Positions 9,189 to 18,541 of a stretch of 64,000 bases of DNA are shown here, one piece after another (positions within the stretch are counted from its first letter, which is position 1; each line of letters begins with the position of its first letter). Location of the stretch: positions 416,001 through 480,000 of the forward strand of contig CAXXKT010000003.1 of assembly GCA_963662405.2 (NCBI GenBank), written 5' to 3'. The position numbers were made by a program, and so were the translations under genes. The DNA is from Syntrophales bacterium. GTDB lineage: Bacteria > Desulfobacterota > Syntrophia > Syntrophales > UBA2210. Below the pieces are notes generated by a model. It had not been told where the DNA came from, made no database searches, and saw only the letters and a list, made by a program, of their open reading frames with translations.

Positions 9189-9770
9189 ATGTCTACGATA
9201 GATAGTCTTTGTGATGCCCTGGATGAAGTGGCAATTGCTCAACATGTGGGGATTGCCCATGATGAAGCACGGGCTTTTTACAGCCCGCGGAAAAACACGG
9301 TTTCCAGTTTTGATGAATTCAGCGATATGATCGGCGAGTATTACAGCTATCACATCGGGAAATGCGTCGTTCAAGGCGGCAGAATTGCGAGCTATGAAGC
9401 GGTGGGCCGGGCCAGCGAAATTGTGGAGAATGCATACAAACGCCAGGGAGGCAATCTCATGTCCGCCTACCGGAATGCGAGCGATGGAACCAACGGGGGC
9501 ATGAGGGTCATATTGGATGTAATCGCCGATCGGCTGAAGGAAGAATCAGTCGAACGATATGTCCGGCATGCCTTTAACAGGCATGTCGATCCGAGCTCAT
9601 GGGATCAGAAAGTAGGGATCATCCGACAATTTATTGACCGGAACCGGCATCTGCTTGGTTCGGCTATCGATTCTTCGCATCCGGAACGGTATGCGCAGAA
9701 TTACGACGAACTCATACGAGCGTTCATGGATGCACTGAAAAAATCATCGAACCTCTTCAGAAAATATTAG
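9189..9770 (+). CDS. Hypothetical helical protein, paralogue of the Lon-fusion C-terminal domain
   Basis: GAGGAG RBS; aligns by eye over its full length with the last ~190 aa of 7483..9174. Confidence 0.8.
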   Translation: MSTIDSLCDALDEVAIAQHVGIAHDEARAFYSPRKNTVSSFDEFSDMIGEYYSYHIGKCVVQGGRIASYEAVGRASEIVENAYKRQGGNLMSAYRNASDGTNGGMRVILDVIADRLKEESVERYVRHAFNRHVDPSSWDQKVGIIRQFIDRNRHLLGSAIDSSHPERYAQNYDELIRAFMDALKKSSNLFRKY

Positions 9771-9781
9771 GAGCAGGGGCC

Positions 9782-10351
9782 ATGTCGACACGGTTGGAGG
9801 AACTTATCGAGAGTATTGATCCGGTAAACATTATAGACAGGGTATCCATCGCTGTAGATGAAGCCTTCAATTCCTTTAAGTATGACAGACCCATAGGGTC
9901 ATTCGACGATTATGAGAAATACATGTCCGAATTTGTGCAACACATAGAACAGGTCGTCATCGGTTACAGGACGACCCATCCGGACGCCAGGGATTTTTTC
10001 TGGACACGGTATTCGAATCTTGTAAACAGGAAACAGGGACCGGATGCATGGAAGATGAACTACGAAAAGGTCCTTACCGGTAAGAGCGGCGGAACATACC
10101 AGCTTCTCAAAGATGTGGCTGCTATGATCCTGGAGGAGCAAAGCGGGCGACAGATCTCGACAAGAGTCTGGAACTTCTGGAATTCCCTGGACAACGATGA
10201 AAAGCTGGATACGGTGAATGAATTCTTGCGTAAATTCGGGCGAATTTTGCCGTCTGAGTATACCAGTGGGGTTTACTTGAAAATAAATTTCCCCCAGGTG
10301 CTGGAGAAATATCCGCAATTGCTGTTGGAGATCAGACGTGCTGTGGGGTAG
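9782..10351 (+). CDS. Hypothetical helical protein, second stand-alone paralogue
   Basis: Shares VDEAF, SFDDY, TGKSGG and LDNDEKL motifs at equivalent positions. Confidence 0.75.
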   Translation: MSTRLEELIESIDPVNIIDRVSIAVDEAFNSFKYDRPIGSFDDYEKYMSEFVQHIEQVVIGYRTTHPDARDFFWTRYSNLVNRKQGPDAWKMNYEKVLTGKSGGTYQLLKDVAAMILEEQSGRQISTRVWNFWNSLDNDEKLDTVNEFLRKFGRILPSEYTSGVYLKINFPQVLEKYPQLLLEIRRAVG

Positions 10352-10428
10352 GGGAACAAAAAAAGGCTACAAGCAGTTTTTATTGCAGATCTTACGTCTT
10401 ATAGCTTTGCATAAACAAAGGAGGTGAC

Positions 10429-11577
10429 TTGATGCATCAAATTATTTTCTATCCCGTGGGTAACGGTGATACCAGCCAAATCATACTAGAGAATGGCAAG
10501 CGAATCCTGTTCGATTTTAGGCATCTGAAGAAAGCGGAGGACGGAAAGGAACCGGAAATTGATTTGGCTGCTCGCTTAAAAAAAGAATTGAAGGATTGCG
10601 ATAGGACGTCTTTCGATGTCGTCGCCTTCACACATGGAGACGCTGATCACATCGAGAACAGTACGGAATTCTTTGAATTACTCCATGCTGAGAAGTATCA
10701 TGGTGATGGTCGAATCAAAATTAATGAGCTCTGGGTCCCCGCGGCAATGATCCTCGAAACGGCGGCGAATGATGAACAGAGCGCCGAATTCGTCACCTGG
10801 AGGCAAGAGGCTCGTTACAGATTGAAAGAGGGGAAAGGCATCAGGGTTTTCTCAAAGCCAGACAAGCTGAAAGAATGGTTGAAAGAAAACGATCTAACGG
10901 TTGACTCCCGGCGGCATATGATCACCGACGCAGGACAACTTGTTCCCGAATTCACCATAGGGAACGATGGAGTTGAATTCTTCTGCCATTCCCCATTTGT
11001 CATGAGCGTTGATGATTGCGACGAAGGTCAAAGAAATGAAGCTGCCCTCATCTTCAATGTCCGTTTCCAAGCAGGCTCAAACATTTTTGACTATTTTGCA
11101 GTCGGCGACTCCGAATGGGAAACACTGGAAGAAATCATCCAAACAACTAAGAATCATAATAATCAGGATCGGCTTGCATGGGACATCTACAGCTTGCCGC
11201 ATCATTGTAGCTATAAAACCCTGAGCGACGAAAAAGGGGAAAAGGAGACTATACCCAAGCCTTTGATCAAAGAGTTTCTATTGCAGGGAAAAGACAATGC
11301 CTACATCGTTAGTTCTAGCAACCCTATCGAAGATACGAAGGAAGGTCTGGAACAAACACAGCCACCTCATATCCAAGCGAAAAAGTGCTACGAGCGTTAC
11401 CTTACGGAAATCGGAGGGGCAAAGCTTCTGGTCACTATGGAGGAACCGAATAGAACAAAGCCAGAGCCTCTGATATTTGAAATCGATAGTAACGGTATCA
11501 GCCGAGGAGGGAAAATCCTAGGCTCAGGAATAACCGTCATAACCTCCAGACCAGCACCGAGGGCTGGTGTAAAATGA
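10429..11577 (+). CDS. Metallo-beta-lactamase-fold (ComEC/Rec2-like) hydrolase with C-terminal PRAG tail
   Basis: FYPVGNGD, FTHGDADH, VGD and LPHHCS motifs; GGAGGT RBS. Confidence 0.85.
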   Translation: MMHQIIFYPVGNGDTSQIILENGKRILFDFRHLKKAEDGKEPEIDLAARLKKELKDCDRTSFDVVAFTHGDADHIENSTEFFELLHAEKYHGDGRIKINELWVPAAMILETAANDEQSAEFVTWRQEARYRLKEGKGIRVFSKPDKLKEWLKENDLTVDSRRHMITDAGQLVPEFTIGNDGVEFFCHSPFVMSVDDCDEGQRNEAALIFNVRFQAGSNIFDYFAVGDSEWETLEEIIQTTKNHNNQDRLAWDIYSLPHHCSYKTLSDEKGEKETIPKPLIKEFLLQGKDNAYIVSSSNPIEDTKEGLEQTQPPHIQAKKCYERYLTEIGGAKLLVTMEEPNRTKPEPLIFEIDSNGISRGGKILGSGITVITSRPAPRAGVK

Positions 11578-13961
11578 CTGTCGAATTCATCTTTTTCGGA
11601 GATCCATATCCTGACCTCAGCCCTGATAATTTGAGGCAGAATGTATCAAAAAAGATTTTAAAGCTCTGCAAGGCAAGCAAAGAGTTTCGGATCGTTGAGC
11701 TGCGGTATAGAAGTCAAGATGCAAGGGTTTCTGACATCATCATCGTCGATTGTATGAACGATCAGATCCCTACTAGGAATCCCCACGGCATTAAAGTGCG
11801 GGAAAGGCTCGCTCTTGTTTTTACCCCAGAGATACTGCCAGAAGTAAGGGCTCTAAGGGCTAACTTTCCGATACTCCCACATATGATTTACGTCTCGCCG
11901 GGTGAACCAGCATTGCTGTGCCTGTATACGGACACGTGGCAGGCACTGGAGAGGACCTGGACACCACATAAACATCTGCAGCAGATACTATCGTGGCTCT
12001 CTGATTCGGCCAAGGGAACACTGCACCGGGGTGATCAACCCTTAGAGCCACTCTATTTCGAGAGTCTTTTTGAGATCGTATTGCCCCCTGATCTTGATGA
12101 AAAGGTTGAAAACCCCAATTTTGTCTTAATCCCTCAAGCCATAAAGATTGAGCGACCACCTTTGAATTTCAAAGTAGTTCGATGCTATTTCCAAGATAAA
12201 AAGTTGATATCAGCACAAGGGAAAGTGAAGGATAAAGTGTCAAGGATACCACTAATCGGAGCTCCCTCCGGGAAATACATATTCGTTGATTCATTGTTTG
12301 TACCACATGAGAGCAATGAAAATAAGAAGCTACCTCGCTTTGAAATCTTGACGGTTACCGGCCCATCTATAGTGCACGGCATTATCGAGCAGTATCCTCG
12401 GACACTAGGAGAGCTTGACGATCAAATGATGGCGCGAGGTGGTTCAATCCTAGAGTCGCTGAAAAATGTAATTCAAGAGAAAGCTCATGGCGGAATAATC
12501 TGTGAGGATTCAAGTGAATGCTTACTCATCCTGTCAATGCAACTGAAACGCGCAGCTGATGCCCAGCCTGAAGAAAAACACAAGAAAGCATTTGAAATCA
12601 TATCCGATCTTGCCGGACTCGGTGAAAAAACAGGTGCGTTGACGAAGAGCCCCACTGACGAAAAGTGGTACAATATTCCTACAGATAACAAGCAAGACTG
12701 GCGCAAAATCAAGATATGGCCCATCGAGGTTAAAACCGCCAATACGCAGGATTTAGCCCGTGTTGCGTCTGATGTTGACTTATTGACGGCAGATTTCATG
12801 GGAGTGTTAGCCGGTGTTGGTGCCTTGGGAGGATCTTTGGCAGAAATCTGGTCAAAGGAACGCTGGGGGGGGTGGAGCTTCATCGATCCGGATATTGTAA
12901 AATCACACAACATTATACGCCATATTGCCAGAGACTTTCATGTCGGTGCTTTTAAAGCCGATGTAGTTAAAGACATGGTGGCATACAATTATCAAGACGG
13001 TTATTATCATGCCTTCTCCATTCACAGAAGCGCCAATGATTTTAATTCAGATGTTGTTAGAGAAACTATTTCAAAAGCAGAGTTTCTTGTGGATGCCACA
13101 ACGACCATAGAGATACCTCGTGATTTAGCTCAGAAAGATGATGTGCCTCGCTCAGTGTCCGTATTCCTAACTCCTAGTGGGAAAGGGTCCGCTCTTCTAA
13201 TGGAATCGGAGGATCGTTTGCTGAGGTTGGATGCCCTTGAAGCACAGTATTATCGTGCTATTGTCAATGAGGAATGGGGAAAAGATCATTTAGAGGGACA
13301 CAAAGGAAATATAAGAGTCGGAGCCGGATGCCGCGATGCATCCGCCATTATCTCCTATGAAGCTATCCAGTTACATGCTGCCGTAATAGCACGCCAAGTT
13401 AGGCTATTACGAGATAAGGCTGCGGCACGCATCCAGGTGTGGTCTGGCAACTCTGTTACAGGTGCGCTTGCAGCTTATACGATTCCCGTTTATGCAGTCA
13501 ATAGATTTAACTGCGATGGTTGGCGTGTGATCATGGACTATGGCTTAAAAGAAAAACTGGCTGCAATAAGGATGTCTCACCTTCCCAATGAGACCGGGGG
13601 TATTATACTTGGGTATATAGACCACAAATTGAACCATATTTACATTGTTGATGTCCTTAACGCACCTATTGATAGTGAGGCAGATCTGACAGGGTTCACA
13701 AGGGGAGTACAGGGCTTGAGGGCTGCACTCGGTGAGGTTTGCCAGAGGACAGCTGGCATCGTCGGCTATATTGGCGAATGGCATTCCCATCCAGAATTTA
13801 CATCTGCCTATCCTAGCTCACTCGACCGCACTCTTATCAAAGAACTTGCAGCTGGTTTGGAACTAGACGGACATCCTGCTTTGATGATCATCGTTGGACG
13901 AACCGGAGAAGTTTCTGTGTCGGTTAAAGAAGCAGGGACTCGTGAATGTACAGTTATGTAA
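11574..13961 (+). CDS. Prokaryotic ubiquitin-system E2 - E1(ThiF) - JAB fusion protein
   Basis: E2-like LCLY; E1 GVGALGG, DPDIVKSHNIIRH and GAGC; JAB ETGG...YIGEWHSHP..PSSLD; ATGA overlap with the MBL gene. Confidence 0.88.
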   Translation: MTVEFIFFGDPYPDLSPDNLRQNVSKKILKLCKASKEFRIVELRYRSQDARVSDIIIVDCMNDQIPTRNPHGIKVRERLALVFTPEILPEVRALRANFPILPHMIYVSPGEPALLCLYTDTWQALERTWTPHKHLQQILSWLSDSAKGTLHRGDQPLEPLYFESLFEIVLPPDLDEKVENPNFVLIPQAIKIERPPLNFKVVRCYFQDKKLISAQGKVKDKVSRIPLIGAPSGKYIFVDSLFVPHESNENKKLPRFEILTVTGPSIVHGIIEQYPRTLGELDDQMMARGGSILESLKNVIQEKAHGGIICEDSSECLLILSMQLKRAADAQPEEKHKKAFEIISDLAGLGEKTGALTKSPTDEKWYNIPTDNKQDWRKIKIWPIEVKTANTQDLARVASDVDLLTADFMGVLAGVGALGGSLAEIWSKERWGGWSFIDPDIVKSHNIIRHIARDFHVGAFKADVVKDMVAYNYQDGYYHAFSIHRSANDFNSDVVRETISKAEFLVDATTTIEIPRDLAQKDDVPRSVSVFLTPSGKGSALLMESEDRLLRLDALEAQYYRAIVNEEWGKDHLEGHKGNIRVGAGCRDASAIISYEAIQLHAAVIARQVRLLRDKAAARIQVWSGNSVTGALAAYTIPVYAVNRFNCDGWRVIMDYGLKEKLAAIRMSHLPNETGGIILGYIDHKLNHIYIVDVLNAPIDSEADLTGFTRGVQGLRAALGEVCQRTAGIVGYIGEWHSHPEFTSAYPSSLDRTLIKELAAGLELDGHPALMIIVGRTGEVSVSVKEAGTRECTVM

Positions 13962-13988
13962 TTTCTTCCTGGGGGAAAGGAGGACCAT

Positions 13989-14486
13989 ATGAAGGATATC
14001 CTAAGCAAAATTTCGTCATACAATCTTTTCAATTACCTTCTACCGGGCATTATTTTTGCGGTTCTTGCCGAACGAATTACAGTTTACAAGATAATCCAGA
14101 GCGACATAATCGTTGGGCTATTTCTCTACTATTTTTTAGGCTTGGTGATCAGTCGTATAGGATCGTTAATAATTGAGCCCGCTATGAAGAAGGTCTCTTT
14201 CGTAAAGTTTGCTTCATACAAAGACTATGTCAGTGTTTCCGCTAAGGACCCGACTTTAGAAACATTATCTGAAGTCAACAACATGTATAGGACATTATGT
14301 GCCCTTTTTTTAATGCTCCTCGCGACTAAAGCTTTCGAATCCATCACGATGTGTGTCAATATGAGCGGCAAAATATCAGCATACATCCTTTTTGTTGTGC
14401 TTTTAGTGCTATTCGCACTTTCCTACCGTAAGCAAACAAAATACATCACCAAACGCATAGAGGCTGGCAAAGATGAGCATCGTTAA
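13989..14486 (+). CDS. Small 4-TM membrane protein
   Basis: 165 aa with four hydrophobic segments; GGAGGA RBS; overlaps the next gene. Confidence 0.8.
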   Translation: MKDILSKISSYNLFNYLLPGIIFAVLAERITVYKIIQSDIIVGLFLYYFLGLVISRIGSLIIEPAMKKVSFVKFASYKDYVSVSAKDPTLETLSEVNNMYRTLCALFLMLLATKAFESITMCVNMSGKISAYILFVVLLVLFALSYRKQTKYITKRIEAGKDEHR

Positions 14487-15328
14487 ATCGCTGTCCGTCG
14501 GAGACGGGGACATGTTTTATATCAAGCACGGTACAGACAATTTTACGATCATTGATTGTTGCTTGGAAGAGGCATGCCGTGAAGAGATCGTATCAGAGTT
14601 GAAACGCGAAAGCGCTGATAAATCGATTAAGCGGTTTATCTCAACCCACCCGGATGACGACCATACTGAACTTTTACTGTGTACGGAATGAGGCGACCAA
14701 GAAAGATTACACTGATGATTTCGACCGGTATTGCAGTTTAAGGGACTCCGACAAGGCCTTTTACCTCTATGAAGGCTGTACGCGAAAGTGGTTAAACAAG
14801 AACGACGAAGGAGAACACGGTAGCTCCGGGATTACTATTCTGTGGCCAGACAGGACAAACGAGTATTACAAGGCCGCTTTGGTGGCTGCCAAAAATGGAA
14901 AGGATCCAAATAATATCTCGCCGATTATCAAGTACAATCTGCGTGGTGGAGCCACATTCTTGTGGATGGGCGATATGGAATCCGATTTTATGGAGAACAT
15001 TGAGGATAGTCTCATCCTTCCGGCGGTAGACATATTATTTGCACCACACCATGGGCGAGACAGCGGCAAGATCCCACAGTCACTTCTTGATCAAATGTCT
15101 CCTAAGATCATCCTTATCGGGGAAGCGCCATCAATGCATCTGAATTATTACGACGACTACAACTCTATCACTCAGAACTCTGCAGGGGATATCATATTTG
15201 AGTGTACTGGTACACTGGTCCACATATACGGTTCTAATGACTCATACGAAGTTGATTTTTTAGAGGACTACTTATGTGACAATACTCATGGGTACTACAT
15301 CGGAACGCTCGACTCCTTTCAGCGATAA
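14473..15328 (+). pseudogene. ComEC-like MBL-fold hydrolase split by a frameshift/deletion near 14664
   Basis: N-part SVGDGDMF...FISTHPDDDH and C-part LNFYCV...MGD...APHHG lie in different frames. Confidence 0.75.
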
Positions 15329-15367
15329 TAAAAAAACCTTCACATATTTTTCAAAAAGGCACTATCT

Positions 15368-15395
15368 TGAAACAATAATTCGTTCCCCTCCGCTT
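15368..15395 (+). promoter_or_regulatory. Candidate alternative-sigma promoter TGAAACAAT-N12-TCCGCTT (copy 1)
   Basis: Same bipartite motif and spacing as 18542..18569; both copies are intergenic and upstream of operon heads. Confidence 0.6.
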
Positions 15396-15417
15396 ACTGG
15401 GATAGAAAGGAGGTTCC

Positions 15418-17889
15418 ATGAGCGAAGAAAAGGCGATTATCAAAATGGCAATGCCCTTGATGCTCAGAGCAAGGGTTGAAAATTTTTTGCATGATGAAAA
15501 CAGAAAAGGGTGTGATCCCCGGCTGTTTCCCGCTCCCGTTTCTCTGGAGCCGCCCTTTTCCCCCATTACCTATTCCGATAATTTTCAGAACAGTTCATTG
15601 TGTGATGAAATATCCTACGAGGCAATTCCTGACAGCAGGCAGTTGGTACGTCTTCAGGTTTGGCTTTCCCCGGATCAGAAATATGATTGGCTGAAGACAG
15701 AGATCTTTCTGAAGCAGCTGTCCCAGATATCTCATCGCATCGGATTCGAAATCATAGGCAACAGCGGGAAAATCCATATTGGTTTTTTGGTTCATCAAGA
15801 TGATATCCCCTTTCTTGACATCAGTTGCCGGGGTATGTTCGAGCGATGCGAATTAACACAAGCCCCATCAGTGGAAGGATTTGATGCATTAGTAGACCCC
15901 AAAGCACAGGTCAGCTTCATGGACTATTATCCGCCTCCTCCCTATTCACACTTGCTGACCTCTCCCAATGAATTCAAAGTGAGTCCATATCGATCGCTCA
16001 TTGCGGCTCTCATGACGATTGATCCTCCCGATTGGGGGTTTTACCAGGCACTGTTTCAACCGGTGCATCCCGATCACAACTGGCACAGGAATGTCGAAAC
16101 GCTTCTGGATGTCGAATATATGTTCAAGCTCATAAGCAGCCAAAACTCTCAGCGATACCTTCAGCAAGCGCCTTCCGGCGATCTTCGACAGATGGCCAGA
16201 GAGGTGGAGACCAAGTCACATAACGATAAGCCATTTTATTTTCTTGCCTGCAGGGTAGGTGCAATTTCATATCGAGATCCGCAGCGATATTTGAAGTCCC
16301 TGTCCGTGTTTTTTAACTTATTCCAGCATGGCAGAAGACCCATGGGGGTTATAACTGACCGTGAATATCGTCTTCACCTATCAATCGAAGAGATCAAGAC
16401 CATGTTCCAGCGTGGAGTAACCTATCGACCGGGATTCCTGGTAAATTCGTTTGAACTTTCAGGCCCTGTCCACATCCCCAATGCCGACATATTGGAATTC
16501 AGAACCCCTCGACTCAATCTGATCAATACCGTACCGGTTCAAAATGAGGATATCCATGAAGGGACCCCGATCGGGACCTACGAATATACCGGCACGGTTT
16601 ACCCAGTGTGTATTCCCTTGCATCTGCGACCCCGCTCTACCCATATCATTGGAAAATCCGGAATGGCCAAATCCACGACAATGGCGCATATGATCCTCGA
16701 TGATATCAATCGAGGTATGGGCGTTGCGGTAATCGATCCCCATGGGGACCTTATCGAAGACCTGTTGATCCGCATTCCTGAAGAACATATCGAAAGAACG
16801 GTCTACTTCGACCTGACCATCCCGGATTATGTCCCTATCTGGAATCCTCTCCAGAGATCGAGGGGACAGGACATCAGCCGTACAACCGAAGACATCATCT
16901 CTGCACTGAAAACGGTATTCCATTCCGGCTGGGGAGACCGAATGGAACATCTTCTCCGCCACGGACTGTATGCCCTGCTGCATATTCCGGGAGGCACCCT
17001 CCAGGATCTTTCCAACCTTCTCTTCAAGAGGGACAAGAAACGGTTGATTCGCGATGAACCTTTATTAAAGCTGCTTTTGCAGGCTGTGGATAATGATGTA
17101 TCAAGACGCTTCTGGGAATTTCATGTGCGAAATTATACTGCCGAGGCCTTCGACCCTCCGAAGCATAGACTGGATAAAATCCTTCTGTCAGGGAAGGCGG
17201 CGGTGATGCTTTCTCAACCCGACAACATGATCGATTTCAGACCAATCATGGATGAAGGCCGTATTCTTCTGGTGAAGCTTTCCCTGATAGGGAGAGAGCT
17301 GATGAAGGTCCTGGGCTGCTTCATTCTGTCTCTTCTGCATTTGACCGCCCTGGGAAGAAGCGACGTCCCGGAGGATCGCCGGAGACCGTTTCAGATATAT
17401 GTCGATGAGGCCCACCGGTTCGTCACTGATACCCTGGAAGACCTGATCGTCGAAACGAGAAAATTCAATGTGGGGTTGACGCTGGCACATCATTTTTTCA
17501 GCCAGTTCGGAAATATAAAGGTCGATGCCTTGTCCAGTGTGGGCACGACTATCATCATGAATGTCGATAGAAAGGACGCTGCATACCTCGTAAAGGACCT
17601 CAGGGAAGAAGTCTCCGCAAACGACATCACACAACTCAATCTGGGCGAAGCCATTGTGCGCATCGGCACCGATGTCGTCAAAATCAACACTCTGGGAAAA
17701 TTGACTGTTCCCTCGGACAACTTCAAAGATCAGATACTGCAACATTCATTGAGTCATTACTATCAACCAGAAAAGCTTGTCCGGGAGCGTATCCGAAACA
17801 AGAACGATCGATACAGTGTAGCCAATACTCATGCCATTCCCCCCAAACAGTACGATGAAGAAGAACTCACCTATGATGACGGATTCTGA
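15418..17889 (+). CDS. VirD4/TraG/HerA-superfamily ATPase (type IV coupling protein-like)
   Basis: HIIGKSGMAKST (Walker A variant), VIDPHGDL, IYVDEAHRF (Walker B), RKFNVGLTLAH; AGGAGG RBS. Confidence 0.85.
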   Translation: MSEEKAIIKMAMPLMLRARVENFLHDENRKGCDPRLFPAPVSLEPPFSPITYSDNFQNSSLCDEISYEAIPDSRQLVRLQVWLSPDQKYDWLKTEIFLKQLSQISHRIGFEIIGNSGKIHIGFLVHQDDIPFLDISCRGMFERCELTQAPSVEGFDALVDPKAQVSFMDYYPPPPYSHLLTSPNEFKVSPYRSLIAALMTIDPPDWGFYQALFQPVHPDHNWHRNVETLLDVEYMFKLISSQNSQRYLQQAPSGDLRQMAREVETKSHNDKPFYFLACRVGAISYRDPQRYLKSLSVFFNLFQHGRRPMGVITDREYRLHLSIEEIKTMFQRGVTYRPGFLVNSFELSGPVHIPNADILEFRTPRLNLINTVPVQNEDIHEGTPIGTYEYTGTVYPVCIPLHLRPRSTHIIGKSGMAKSTTMAHMILDDINRGMGVAVIDPHGDLIEDLLIRIPEEHIERTVYFDLTIPDYVPIWNPLQRSRGQDISRTTEDIISALKTVFHSGWGDRMEHLLRHGLYALLHIPGGTLQDLSNLLFKRDKKRLIRDEPLLKLLLQAVDNDVSRRFWEFHVRNYTAEAFDPPKHRLDKILLSGKAAVMLSQPDNMIDFRPIMDEGRILLVKLSLIGRELMKVLGCFILSLLHLTALGRSDVPEDRRRPFQIYVDEAHRFVTDTLEDLIVETRKFNVGLTLAHHFFSQFGNIKVDALSSVGTTIIMNVDRKDAAYLVKDLREEVSANDITQLNLGEAIVRIGTDVVKINTLGKLTVPSDNFKDQILQHSLSHYYQPEKLVRERIRNKNDRYSVANTHAIPPKQYDEEELTYDDGF

Positions 17890-17890
17890 A

Positions 17891-18502
17891 ATGCCAGGCG
17901 ATTGCAAAAGCATCGTTGAGACAGTAATCGGGCTTCTCGAAGAGGACACCATAGCCCGGGAAGTAGAATATCCTGTCAACCAGGCAACAAAAGAATTTGA
18001 ATTCGCCTTTGAGGAACCCATAACTCCGGCAGGATTCAACGGGATCATTGCATCCTTTGTCACACACATCAATAAGAGAGGCTTGCGTTTTCCCAGAATG
18101 TTGACCGATCGGGAAGCTCTGGCGGAAGCAGTGTATTTACTGGACCGTTATTCCGACGCGGAAGGGCCCGATCGGTATGCGGCGATCATGACTATCGTCG
18201 GAACCAACGGCCGGGAGGAAATGGAGAAGAAACTTCTTATGCTGGCAGAGATTATAAAAGTAATCGAGAGAGAAAAATATCGCCAGTGGGTGTTTCATCA
18301 CCATTTCCGGAGCCTGGAATGGGAATGCCGGTGCCGAATCGTATCGCTGCTTACAAAATCGCTGTCTCATAGTGCCTTTCCCGAATTGGAACGTCTCAAA
18401 CCGGCACAGCTGGTGGAATGCTTCGAAGAACTGATTGACATAGATCTTATCGGTCAAAACATCGTGAAACAGCTCGGCTGTGAAAAGGAGAAACAAATAT
18501 AG
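17891..18502 (+). CDS. Hypothetical helical protein, third stand-alone paralogue of the repeat-family domain
   Basis: ATG 1 bp after the ATPase stop; LEEDTIAREV, FNGIIASFVTH, GTNG, SLEWE and LKPAQLV align with the other copies. Confidence 0.72.
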   Translation: MPGDCKSIVETVIGLLEEDTIAREVEYPVNQATKEFEFAFEEPITPAGFNGIIASFVTHINKRGLRFPRMLTDREALAEAVYLLDRYSDAEGPDRYAAIMTIVGTNGREEMEKKLLMLAEIIKVIEREKYRQWVFHHHFRSLEWECRCRIVSLLTKSLSHSAFPELERLKPAQLVECFEELIDIDLIGQNIVKQLGCEKEKQI

Positions 18503-18541
18503 AAAGATTCATTATAGTCCCACACTTCTAAAAGAGCATTC

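Noticed and set aside
10429..15328. Calling the cargo CBASS or Pycsar
   Set aside because: No nucleotidyltransferase or cyclase motif in any neighbouring ORF; only the E2/E1/JAB machinery is shared.
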